IMG/VR virus record: IMGVR_UViG_3300048573_000207
Span: 1 to 60,806 of that record
Direction: 5' to 3' (one strand)
Length of the DNA: 60,806 bases
Origin: a virus
Taxonomy: Duplodnaviria; Caudoviricetes
Each line of letters begins with the position of its first letter. Position 1 is the first letter of the stretch. Of this stretch, positions 31,047 to 39,755 are shown in pieces. The position numbers were made by a program, and so were the translations under genes. The notes under the pieces are model-generated. The model ran no database searches. It saw only the letters and a list, made by a program, of their open reading frames with translations, and was not told the DNA's origin.

Positions 31047-31787
31047 ATGAAAAAGAGAATAAATTACAGACGAATATGGGTAGCTTATCATGGCAAAATT
31101 CCCAAGGATATAGACGGGCGATCGTTTGACATACATCACTTAGATGGTAATAGTGATAACAATAGCATTGGCAATTTAATAGCTATATCAGCATACGAAC
31201 ATTATTGCATACATAGAGATAAAGGCGAGTTTGGCGCTGCTGCAATGATTGCTAGACGAATGAAAACTAAGCCTAGCGACTTGTCCGAAACTGTTAAATT
31301 GCAAATGAAAAAGTTAATCGAATCGGGCCAACATAATTTCTCGGTTAAAGGATTTGTTAGTGTCAGGGATAAAGATGGTAATAATATGCGAGTAAGTAAA
31401 GACGACCTGAGATTTATCTCAGGTGAGTTAGTTGGAGTTAACACTGGATTTGTTACTGTTAAGGATAAAGATGGTAATAATATGCGAGTTAGCAAAAACG
31501 ACGATCGTCTTAAAACAGGTGAGTTAGTTGGAGTTAATACTGGATTTGTTACTGTTAAGGATAAAGATAGTAATAGTATGCGAGTAAGTAAAGATGACCT
31601 GAGATTTATCTCAGGTGAATTAAAAAGTATCAATTGTGGGAAAATTGGATATAACCTTGGTCGAACCTGGACCCAAACAAATAAGCGTCCGACTGTAAAA
31701 TGTCCACACTGTGCTAAAGAAGGTGACATTAGCCCAATGAAACAACATCATTTCGATAATTGTAAATATAAAATAGGAATAGTATGA
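31047..31787 (+). CDS. HNH homing endonuclease with three 32-aa repeats and C-terminal CxxC
   Basis: DIHHLDGNSDNN.IGNL...EH..IH; CPHC. Confidence 0.9.
   Translation: MKKRINYRRIWVAYHGKIPKDIDGRSFDIHHLDGNSDNNSIGNLIAISAYEHYCIHRDKGEFGAAAMIARRMKTKPSDLSETVKLQMKKLIESGQHNFSVKGFVSVRDKDGNNMRVSKDDLRFISGELVGVNTGFVTVKDKDGNNMRVSKNDDRLKTGELVGVNTGFVTVKDKDSNSMRVSKDDLRFISGELKSINCGKIGYNLGRTWTQTNKRPTVKCPHCAKEGDISPMKQHHFDNCKYKIGIV
31350..31637 (+). repeat. Three ~96-nt direct repeats inside the HNH gene
   Basis: GFV(S/T)V(R/K)DKD.N.MRVSK.D.R...GEL occurs three times. Confidence 0.9.
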
Positions 31788-32464
31788 AAGTAGAATTAGT
31801 ATCGCATTCAGCCCCATCAACCGAGATGGTAGGAAACGGGATAACCGACTTGCAGGAATTGGTGGCATTTTGTGCTCGAGTAAGCAATCCAGATAATCAG
31901 TATAATACTGAAACAAGTGAAAAACTGATTAATTACTTGATCAAACATAAACATTTTAGTCCACTTGAGATGGCTAGCGTATGCATGTCGATTGAGACCA
32001 CCAGAGATATCGCCAGGCAGATCCTTCGCCACCGTAGTTTTTCATTCCAAGAGTTTAGCCAACGTTATGCAGACCCTACCACGGACTTAGGCTTTGTTGT
32101 TAGAGACGCACGCCTACAGGACACAAAAAATCGTCAAAACAGTGTAGACTTAGACTTAACTGATGCTGATCAGCGTGAATTAAACAACTTGTGGATTGAA
32201 AAACAACAGGATGTTATTTGCCAAGCTAAACATGCGTATAACTGGGCAATTGCGAACGGAATTGCAAAAGAACAGGCCAGAGTTGTTCTGCCTGAGGGCA
32301 ATACCGTCAGCCGTTTGTACATGAATGGTACGCTGAGAAGTTGGTGTCACTTCATTGAATTACGTAGTGCAAATGGTACACAGAAAGAGCATCAGTTAGT
32401 TGCCTTGGCCTGTGCAAAAGCTATTGCAGCCATTTACCCGACTGCTAACAACTTAATCTCCTAA
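31784..32464 (+). CDS. thyX: Flavin-dependent thymidylate synthase
   Basis: RHRSFSFQEFSQRY ThyX motif; H.SPLE; EQAR.VLP. Confidence 0.95.
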   Translation: MKVELVSHSAPSTEMVGNGITDLQELVAFCARVSNPDNQYNTETSEKLINYLIKHKHFSPLEMASVCMSIETTRDIARQILRHRSFSFQEFSQRYADPTTDLGFVVRDARLQDTKNRQNSVDLDLTDADQRELNNLWIEKQQDVICQAKHAYNWAIANGIAKEQARVVLPEGNTVSRLYMNGTLRSWCHFIELRSANGTQKEHQLVALACAKAIAAIYPTANNLIS

Positions 32465-33523
32465 CTCTTTTGTGGCAGTTAACGAACCATCTGCGTTCTG
32501 CCACAAAAATCCCCAAGCGTTATTATAACGTGTAATGGTCGGTAAGCTGGGCCATTTTGTTTTATACTTCAAGTATTTCTCATTTGGCCAAATATCATTG
32601 ATCAGTTGTTTTGCTGGCAACTTGTATGTGTTCCATTTTCCGCCTACTTTAGCTTCGTTAGTATACAATGCCCACTGTTGATATTGTGTACTATCAAAGA
32701 AGTTTACAACATTGCCGGCCATGTATTCAGCTTGCTGTGCAGTTGGAGCATGCATTGCCATACGATACTTGACAGCTTGCCACTTCATTGCATAGTTTAA
32801 CCACCATAGGAAATCGTGATTGGTGTTGATAGGAACTGGACTTGCTGCTACCAATGCTCGTAACATTTCCTCACGTTCTTCTCTGTACGGTTCTTTTTTG
32901 TTTAACAACCAAGGAAGCGTTTCAGTTTCCCAATCACCGTGAATAGCATCAAAGTTATTTGAGTTATCCATGTAGCTTTTTAATGTCAAGCTACCAAACA
33001 AGTTATCGGCACATTCGCCAGTGACACACACATTCTTTGGATCCGTTACAATGTCATAAAACTGATTGCTTGGTAATAAGCGTGTACCAAAGTACGGTAG
33101 TACCACTTGATCAAAGAACTCGGGATTTTCCATTTGGCTATCTTCGTTGACAGCAAGCCAAGTGACTTTTTGCAACTCTGCCCAGTCTGGATGACTAATA
33201 AGCAAAGACACAATCAATGTAGAGTCAATACCGCCACTTTGAAAAATTACTAGTCGTTCTTTACCCGGCTCGCTCAGCTTGGCAATGCACTCATCAATCC
33301 TGTTATAAGATACTCCGCTAAAACTAGGAACAACAGATGGCCGCTCTGGGATAGGGCTATTGTTATAAATGTCAATACCCGGGATATCAATTGTACCAGT
33401 GCGATCGCTTAAACTGATCCAAGGGTTAAACATTTCAATGAATGTCTTTGTAACAGGATTGATATCTGCTGCTGCGGGACTACGGTACAGTCTGTGTGGG
33501 ATATAGTATAATAATTTTTTCAT
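32453..33523 (-). CDS. PP-loop asparagine-synthase-like protein
   Basis: SGGIDST and TGECADNLFG motifs (Asn synthetase C-domain-like). Confidence 0.7.
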   Translation of the reverse strand: MKKLLYYIPHRLYRSPAAADINPVTKTFIEMFNPWISLSDRTGTIDIPGIDIYNNSPIPERPSVVPSFSGVSYNRIDECIAKLSEPGKERLVIFQSGGIDSTLIVSLLISHPDWAELQKVTWLAVNEDSQMENPEFFDQVVLPYFGTRLLPSNQFYDIVTDPKNVCVTGECADNLFGSLTLKSYMDNSNNFDAIHGDWETETLPWLLNKKEPYREEREEMLRALVAASPVPINTNHDFLWWLNYAMKWQAVKYRMAMHAPTAQQAEYMAGNVVNFFDSTQYQQWALYTNEAKVGGKWNTYKLPAKQLINDIWPNEKYLKYKTKWPSLPTITRYNNAWGFLWQNADGSLTATKELGD

Positions 33524-33524
33524 G

Positions 33525-34145
33525 TTACATCATCATTGATAAAAACAAATCTTCTTCCATTTGTGATCGTACAATGGCAAATTCTTCTTTGTTTTTTGCT
33601 GCTCTAATCAACTGTTGAAATCTAATACGCAAACGTTCTAACTTTCTAATAGTTTGAACTCTGTTCTGATACTTGTTGACAATAAAGTGTGCGGCTGTTG
33701 GCAAATCTAAATTAGTTTCTTCTGCATAATCCTTGACAAGGCTACATTCTAAGCCTAGTCCCACTGTTACATTAAGGGCCTGTTGATATTTTAGTTCATA
33801 CGCTTCGTGTTGCCAAGTGTATCGGTATTCAAATCGTTTAAAGCCATGTGATAAACGTTGCTGTAGTTCACTCATTAAATTGACACGGGCCTGTAATTGG
33901 TGACTAAGGATCGTGGATTCCATGGGCTTACGATGTGCTAAAAATTCTGTATTGCGCGGCCCATCGAACTTTAGTTTAAAGTCTAAATTGCCTTGCTGTA
34001 GTTGGGCAGCATGCAAATCACTCACACTATAAATTCTACAAATTGCTTGAAACTCACCTAAGCAGGCAGATTCTAAAACTGATAACTCAGTTGCCCATGC
34101 CAATACTTCGTTTTCTGCGGTACATGCTAATGCTAGCCAATGCAT
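33525..34145 (-). CDS. Hypothetical protein; C-terminal half resembles tail-fibre assembly proteins
   Basis: Helical EAYELKYQQA...KLERLR segment; weak resemblance only. Confidence 0.4.
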   Translation of the reverse strand: MHWLALACTAENEVLAWATELSVLESACLGEFQAICRIYSVSDLHAAQLQQGNLDFKLKFDGPRNTEFLAHRKPMESTILSHQLQARVNLMSELQQRLSHGFKRFEYRYTWQHEAYELKYQQALNVTVGLGLECSLVKDYAEETNLDLPTAAHFIVNKYQNRVQTIRKLERLRIRFQQLIRAAKNKEEFAIVRSQMEEDLFLSMMM

Positions 34146-34175
34146 ATCAATAACTCCTATCGTTATTGTATGTAG

Positions 34176-34724
34176 TTAGGAAACGGAAGGGATGTTCTCC
34201 AATAGGATGTCATTGAGAAAGCGAATACTCAACATAAGTCTTGGGCTTGCACTTTGATTTTCGATATGATGTGGAATGTCAATCTTAACTAAGGTGGGTT
34301 TGTCAATTACTTTAGTTGCTACCAGTGTTGGTTCTTCTTGCCAGTTGATCTTCAGATACTTGATAGTTTTAAATGGGCTACGAGTTAAAAAGAAGTTGCC
34401 ATCATACCAATACATCGGACCGTTGTTGCAATTTAGAATAGGAAGATTTAGCGCGGTATTAGAAGCATTTACACGAGCTGGATCAAATCCGTCAACATGC
34501 AAATCTTGTACAAAGCCTGGCTCATTGATGAACATTATAGCTGTTTTGACACTAACATCAATTCCCAGCATGTCTGCAATATCGCGTTTAATTATGCTGC
34601 CAATGTATGCTAAGTCTTCTCCTGTGAACGTTATTGCCGTAGTAAAAGTGCCATCCCATTTACTTAGACAGTAATGTTGTATAGCAGGCCAACTTGGCAA
34701 GTTGATTTCTTTGAAATATTCCAT
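34176..34724 (-). CDS. 2OG-Fe(II) oxygenase / cupin-like protein
   Basis: LHVDG...ALNLPI...PHHIEN...RLMLSIRF; TAAATA five nt before ATG 34724. Confidence 0.65.
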   Translation of the reverse strand: MEYFKEINLPSWPAIQHYCLSKWDGTFTTAITFTGEDLAYIGSIIKRDIADMLGIDVSVKTAIMFINEPGFVQDLHVDGFDPARVNASNTALNLPILNCNNGPMYWYDGNFFLTRSPFKTIKYLKINWQEEPTLVATKVIDKPTLVKIDIPHHIENQSASPRLMLSIRFLNDILLENIPSVS

Positions 34725-34773
34725 AATAATATTTATTGGCAATCTTGTTCAACAATACTTCATAAGTACTAAC

Positions 34774-35232
34774 ATGGAACATATTATTGTATTTCTAAGC
34801 TGGACATTGTACTTGTATGTGATCCACCGCGTCATTCACGGAGTAGGCTTAAAATTCTTCCCTCTGGCATTTAAAGCACATGCTGATCATCACAAGTATA
34901 TCAATACACATGAACAAACAAAGTGGCATTGGAATAACCTGTTCTTGTTTAACGACACATGGACAAGCACACTCGACTTGTGGATCACAGAAGTTGTTCC
35001 AACACTGGTGTTTAGTTGGATAACTGGATATTGGTGGGTAAGTGTATTTTACTATCTATGGGCTGCATTAGTACAAGAGACGATTGAACATAATCCCAAG
35101 TTCAATTTGTATCCGTTTCTTACAAGTGGGAAGTGGCACTTGATTCATCATCGTGCCACTAACTATAATTACGGATTGTTTTTCCCAGTCTGGGATATTT
35201 TATTTAAAACTCACAAACCATTGGCTAATTGA
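34774..35232 (+). CDS. Sterol desaturase / fatty-acid hydroxylase family protein
   Basis: His boxes HRVIH, HADHH, HLIHH and NYGL..WD.LF.T. Confidence 0.8.
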   Translation: MEHIIVFLSWTLYLYVIHRVIHGVGLKFFPLAFKAHADHHKYINTHEQTKWHWNNLFLFNDTWTSTLDLWITEVVPTLVFSWITGYWWVSVFYYLWAALVQETIEHNPKFNLYPFLTSGKWHLIHHRATNYNYGLFFPVWDILFKTHKPLAN

Positions 35233-35906
35233 AATTGCTTTGCATGCCCGGTGCGCTCAATCCAGCTATAAAATGCTAGTATAGCTTTCTTTGGTTGTTC
35301 AACTTCTAATGTAAGTAGATGAGGCCAGATTTCTAAAAAATTTCTAGTAGAAACGTTCTTGGCAGCTAAGTTCTTTGGTACTAGACGTACATGTACTTTT
35401 CCCGTAGGCTCGATGAATACTTGACTAGGCCCGTTTAGTATGCCTGCTTTATCTAAAAATGCAAACGCATCTTCTACACCGTTTACAAAAAATGGTAGCG
35501 TTTGGTCTTTGATAATATTCCACTTGGCATCTTTATAAACAAATGCATCTACAATTGCATGTCGACCTTTGTATGACAAAATATTAAACATCTTGCCAAG
35601 CTCTACTTCAAACTTGGTTGTTAGGTAATGTTCTTTCCTGTTGGCCAATGGCTTATTGTTTAAAATAACTTGATTGCTGATATTATCTAGCCATTGTTGT
35701 CCGCTATTGTGCCATGCAATTGCTGACTTATATACTTGCTCTTGATCCCATGCACTATTATTTAAATCAAGTACATTTAGTTCCGGCGGGTAATCGAACA
35801 TCTGACTATTAGTGGTTGCTATTTGATAACTGACATTGCAAGCAGACAGAACCTTAATAAGTGATTCTGTCTGCTCTCCTGGATTTACTAATAATAGATC
35901 AATCAT
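35211..35906 (-). CDS. Hypothetical protein, possibly degenerate ATP-grasp
   Basis: SYKGRH...LDKAGILNGPSQ resembles the ATP-grasp C-terminal region. Confidence 0.4.
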   Translation of the reverse strand: MIDLLLVNPGEQTESLIKVLSACNVSYQIATTNSQMFDYPPELNVLDLNNSAWDQEQVYKSAIAWHNSGQQWLDNISNQVILNNKPLANRKEHYLTTKFEVELGKMFNILSYKGRHAIVDAFVYKDAKWNIIKDQTLPFFVNGVEDAFAFLDKAGILNGPSQVFIEPTGKVHVRLVPKNLAAKNVSTRNFLEIWPHLLTLEVEQPKKAILAFYSWIERTGHAKQFQLANGL

Positions 35907-36202
35907 TGATTAAAGTGCGTGGCCAATAATGCACCTACTACTCGGGTGACTCGAGTTTTAATAAGTTCACTATCCATCATAACTTCAAAGTCTACAATCC
36001 TGTCTAGATATTGTTCTAGTTGCTTACTTGCCAAAAGCTCGTTGCTACTTTTAATATCAGATAGGTCTTCCTTCTTAAAAACTACTTCAGTGCCATCATT
36101 GAGATACACTTTGATCCAGTCAATGTATTCGACTGGTACTTCTTCAACGTGTATCTCTCTTAGCATTTCTTCAAAGCTACGATCCTTTTTACGGATGCTC
36201 AT
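35903..36202 (-). CDS. Hypothetical phage protein
   Basis: GGAG RBS; coupled to the downstream gene. Confidence 0.7.
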   Translation of the reverse strand: MSIRKKDRSFEEMLREIHVEEVPVEYIDWIKVYLNDGTEVVFKKEDLSDIKSSNELLASKQLEQYLDRIVDFEVMMDSELIKTRVTRVVGALLATHFNQ

Positions 36203-36245
36203 CTAGTACTCCAAAATGATTTTAAACGGTCAAACAATTTTGGTT

Positions 36246-36881
36246 TTAAACTGCTTGAGCTTTCGACGGACGTCCTCGACCCCGTTTCGCTACTTCTGTT
36301 GTCACTTTTGATAACTGAGTCGGACTTACGGGGACGACCGCGGCCGCGCCTTTTGGGTCTAGCTTTTCCGCCTCCTCACGCAAGCGTCTTACTTCCAACT
36401 CAAACTGATTTGCTTGAGCGCGATACTTGCTTGCAAGAGCTTCGTCGGTAATAACACCTGGCGGGTTGTTTGCTGGAGCAGTAGTGGCAATATCACTTGA
36501 ACGTGTTCCAGCCGCTGCCTGTGTATTACTAATTTGTTTCAACTCGCGATTTAAATCAACCAAGTTGATAGTAACACCTGGCTTTGGAGTCATTGCAACT
36601 GACTTAGTTGGAACCTTAACCATCCAACCCTTTTGGTGAAGCGTGTTAAGCATATTTGTACCATCGTTGAAAACTTGACGGAACAAGTAATCACTTGTGT
36701 CCATTAAGTCTTGGCAGTTTGGATGTTCAATTGCTTTGATTAGATCGTCATGATATAATTGTGGTAATGCATCTGTTGGGATAATCAATGCTGATTCAGA
36801 ATCACCGGGCAATTCGCGAAATACCACAACGCATTTCTTCCCTTGACCGTTGACTCCAACATGTTTAATGAATTGCGCCAT
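36246..36881 (-). CDS. Hypothetical phage protein with C-terminal AT-hook-like KRGRGRP
   Basis: AAGGAG RBS before ATG 36881. Confidence 0.7.
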   Translation of the reverse strand: MAQFIKHVGVNGQGKKCVVVFRELPGDSESALIIPTDALPQLYHDDLIKAIEHPNCQDLMDTSDYLFRQVFNDGTNMLNTLHQKGWMVKVPTKSVAMTPKPGVTINLVDLNRELKQISNTQAAAGTRSSDIATTAPANNPPGVITDEALASKYRAQANQFELEVRRLREEAEKLDPKGAAAVVPVSPTQLSKVTTEVAKRGRGRPSKAQAV

Positions 36882-36897
36882 GTGGTAGCTCCTTAAA

Positions 36898-37131
36898 TTA
36901 CTCTGCTGCTGCGGTAACTTCAGGGCCTTCTTCAACTGGCACTGGTTCGCTGGCACTCAGGAACTGTGCCAACTTGTTATAAGTTGTACCGATGATTTCC
37001 ATTTCGCCGGCTCGGTAACCGCCGCGCTGTGATGCCAATTCAATTGCACCAGCAAGAATTTTCATGTCTTGTAGTGTTAAACCAACTGATTGTTGTGTTT
37101 GCTCTTGTTGTTCAGTTTGAACATTTTCCAT
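36898..37131 (-). CDS. Hypothetical phage protein
   Basis: AGGAG RBS; acidic 77-aa ORF. Confidence 0.7.
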   Translation of the reverse strand: MENVQTEQQEQTQQSVGLTLQDMKILAGAIELASQRGGYRAGEMEIIGTTYNKLAQFLSASEPVPVEEGPEVTAAAE

Positions 37132-37200
37132 TTAAATCTCCTAGGTTAAAGATGGATGTCTTCCGCAAATACTTATAGCACATTTTACCATGCGTGTAAC

Positions 37201-37229
37201 CAAAAAAAAAACGCACCTTAGGGTGCGTT
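37201..37229 (-). terminator. Intrinsic terminator
   Basis: AACGCACC-CTAA-GGTGCGTT hairpin followed by a long T run on the minus strand. Confidence 0.8.
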
Positions 37230-37257
37230 AAAAGGAGAAGGATCATAAGTAATAGAT

Positions 37258-37313
37258 GCAGCTCGCGGTGGTGGAACACCCAACTGCTCTAACGTTATAG
37301 GACAACGCCAGCA
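37258..37313 (+). ncRNA. Candidate structured cis-regulatory RNA leader, copy 1
   Basis: GCAG/CTGC, GGTG/CACC and CGTT/AACG stems; covaries with copy at 46842. Confidence 0.6.
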
Positions 37314-37952
37314 ATGATATTTATCAACAACAAATATACCAATTGGTATAATAACATAATTAGTAACGCCGCTCTAAGAATAGATTCTGGATACTCTGAA
37401 AAGCATCACATCATACCAAGGTCGTTTGGTGGCAGCAATGCTAAATCAAATCTAGTCAGACTCACTGCAAGAGAACACTTTGTATGCCATAAGCTATTGA
37501 CAAAGATGACAACAGGCACAGAAAAGAAGAAAATGCTATTGGCACTATTAATGATGTGCGTAACAAGCAAAAATCAACAACGACACAAAATAAATAGTTC
37601 CCAGTATGCACAGATCCGCGTTCAAGCAAGTAAAGCAAACAGCGGAGTCAACAATCCAATGTATGGCAGAAAGCGACCAGCTGAGGAACAACTACGAATA
37701 AATGCCACAAGCAAAGTAAACAGAGCAGCAAGTGGGCCTCGGACACATACAGAAGAAACTAAGAAAAAGTTGAGTAGCAGCCATATGGGAAAGAAACATT
37801 CTGCTGAGACAAAGGCTAATTGGAGTAAAGTTAGAAAAGGACGTGCAGGGCAGGATAATAATTCAGGCAAGCATTGGTACAATGACGGCACTAAATCATA
37901 TCTTGCAAAAGAATGCCCGGCTAATTGTGTGCCAGGCAGACTATGTTACTGA
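37314..37952 (+). CDS. HNH homing endonuclease with NUMOD3-like motifs
   Basis: EKHHIIPRSFGGSN..SNLV.LTAREHF.CH.LL; HTEETKKKLS. Confidence 0.9.
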   Translation: MIFINNKYTNWYNNIISNAALRIDSGYSEKHHIIPRSFGGSNAKSNLVRLTAREHFVCHKLLTKMTTGTEKKKMLLALLMMCVTSKNQQRHKINSSQYAQIRVQASKANSGVNNPMYGRKRPAEEQLRINATSKVNRAASGPRTHTEETKKKLSSSHMGKKHSAETKANWSKVRKGRAGQDNNSGKHWYNDGTKSYLAKECPANCVPGRLCY

Positions 37953-39170
37953 TTAATGTCGACTCTTGCCCGGTGGCACGTAGTTAGCAGTGATACCGAA
38001 CGGTGCTTTGATAGTATTGCTGCCGTGAACTACAAATAGTGTATCCGTATAGTCAGGGTCGCCCCAGCTACCAAACGGATAGCCGTCTGTAAACATAACA
38101 AGTTGATGCGGTTGGATGTCGTTATCTTTCATCCATTGCCACACACATTCAAAGCTGGTACCGCCACCACCTTGGATGTTGTATTCGCCCATGCTTCGAC
38201 CATCGTCACCAGTAAAGGTGTCTTCGTTGTAAACATCAGTGTCAAAGGTAACTACCCGCACCTTGTAACTAGTGAACTGATCCAGGCTACCTTGTACCAT
38301 GCCCAAGAAGTCTGACAACATGCGATCACAAATAGAACCTGAAGCGTCTAATGCAACAACAATATCAAGTTCTTCGCCAGGCAATTGTCCAGGCATAACT
38401 GCACCAGTATGCCAGGCCTTACGGTTAGGACGCATCCATGTGTAGTCGCTCTTGACACTGCCGGAGAACTGAATACGCAACAGGTCCTTCAAGTCCATTA
38501 CTGGAGCAGTGATGTCTTTTACAAGACGTTCAATGTCTAATGGACAGTTGCCTGCACCTGCGTTCTTTGCGGCCTGGATAGTGGCTTCGCGCCATTCGTC
38601 ACGCAAGGCTTTCTTTTCTTCCTCATTCAATTTCTTGAACTTAGGCTTGCCCTTACCTTTGCCTTCTTTGTCGCCATTGCCATCGCCATCGCCGCCCTCA
38701 TCTCCGTCACCATCCATGTCCAAGTGATCGTCAAACGGCATCTTGATAACAGTGGCGTTCTTCATCAAGTCCTCGTACACTTCGTCGGCAGTTTTGCCTT
38801 CGTACTTGCGGTCTGCTAAGATCTCAACAGCGGTAATACGGGTACCAACGTTTTCGCGGATCAACATATTGTTGATAACAAAATCACCAGCCATGTTCCA
38901 AACACCAGGATCGCGACTGCCACGCCGTGTCATGTGTTCAAAGATAATGTGCCCAAGTTCGTGTGCAAAACCAAAGATCAACTCGCCGTCGGAACACTTT
39001 TGAACAAAGTTTGAATTGTAGTAAAACTTGCGACCATCTGTTGCAATGGTCTTGCACCACTCAACTTCTTCTAGTTTCAAGCGAGCAGCCAACGGACCCC
39101 AAAAGGGATACTTGAGCAACATGCTAACACGGCTCTTAATTAAACGATCTTTTGCGGGCATTTTTGACAT
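37953..39170 (-). CDS. Metallopeptidase-VWA domain protein (DUF2201-like), MoxR partner
   Basis: HELGH zinc motif; DASGS MIDAS; GGGGTSF; FTDG. Confidence 0.85.
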   Translation of the reverse strand: MSKMPAKDRLIKSRVSMLLKYPFWGPLAARLKLEEVEWCKTIATDGRKFYYNSNFVQKCSDGELIFGFAHELGHIIFEHMTRRGSRDPGVWNMAGDFVINNMLIRENVGTRITAVEILADRKYEGKTADEVYEDLMKNATVIKMPFDDHLDMDGDGDEGGDGDGNGDKEGKGKGKPKFKKLNEEEKKALRDEWREATIQAAKNAGAGNCPLDIERLVKDITAPVMDLKDLLRIQFSGSVKSDYTWMRPNRKAWHTGAVMPGQLPGEELDIVVALDASGSICDRMLSDFLGMVQGSLDQFTSYKVRVVTFDTDVYNEDTFTGDDGRSMGEYNIQGGGGTSFECVWQWMKDNDIQPHQLVMFTDGYPFGSWGDPDYTDTLFVVHGSNTIKAPFGITANYVPPGKSRH

Positions 39171-39198
39171 AGTGACTCCTAAATTTCTTACTGTATCT

Positions 39199-39228
39199 AT
39201 TATACTGCAAACTCGTCAATGTTGTCAA
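39199..39228 (-). promoter_or_regulatory. Sigma70-type promoter for the VWA gene
   Basis: TTGACA-N18-TATAAT. Confidence 0.7.
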
Positions 39229-39355
39229 CGATTTCATCAATGACTTCGTATACCCAAGACACTGGAATTTCCAGGATAAGTGCAATGGTTGTAGGCCTGT
39301 AATCTTGCTCAAGCATGGCTTCAATTTCCAAACTTAGATTATTCATTGCACTCAT
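39200..39355 (-). CDS. Small hypothetical protein (51 aa, HTH-like), absent from the ORF track
   Basis: MSAMNNLSLEIEAMLEQDYRPTTIALILEIPVSWVYEV...; AAGGA RBS and a promoter upstream. Confidence 0.65.
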   Translation of the reverse strand: MSAMNNLSLEIEAMLEQDYRPTTIALILEIPVSWVYEVIDEIVDNIDEFAV

Positions 39356-39755
39356 TTCGGATCCTTTTGCTGTTTATGTGTATATTATACTGGAGCTTTG
39401 GTCCAACGTCAACCGTTTTTACTGGATTTTCTGTTGTTTTTTGACTACAACTTAGGTCCCAAAGCATAGCAACTTCGGGCTCCCTAAACCAAATTTTTTG
39501 CTTTGGTACAAAATCCCAATCCAGTCGCTTTAGACCTTGGGATCTGCACCATGCGGTAACTTCATTGATTGTTGTGGCTCGATCAAGAACGCGGACGGAC
39601 CAACTTTCTCGTTGTTTGCGGAGCCACTCGCTAACATCGCCCGGTGAAGGGGGCTGGTTCGTCCACACTGTGGTGTACTCCGGACCGTATAGCATTTCTG
39701 CTATTTCAACAGTCCGGGGTCTATCACTCATCTTCAACCTTCCGGGGTCAATCAC
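39339..39755 (-). CDS. Hypothetical protein
   Basis: ORF overlapping the ATPase stop codon. Confidence 0.55.
   Translation of the reverse strand: MIDPGRLKMSDRPRTVEIAEMLYGPEYTTVWTNQPPSPGDVSEWLRKQRESWSVRVLDRATTINEVTAWCRSQGLKRLDWDFVPKQKIWFREPEVAMLWDLSCSQKTTENPVKTVDVGPKLQYNIHINSKRIRNECNE
39384..39412 (-). promoter_or_regulatory. Sigma70-type promoter
   Basis: TTGACG-N17-TATAAT. Confidence 0.75.

Noticed and set aside
31010-31790. Group I intron interrupting thyX
   Set aside because: Only about 36 nt flank the HNH ORF upstream and none downstream, too little for a ribozyme core; the downstream thyX has its own complete N-terminus
28494-33523. Calling either SGGxDS protein QueC
   Set aside because: Neither shows the C-terminal Cys-rich zinc motif of QueC, and both lie far from queE/folE
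37215-37250. Duplicated 3' end of the VWA gene beyond the 37314 HNH (TYDPSP vs NYVPP)
   Set aside because: Similarity is too weak, and no equivalent was found for the 46898 element
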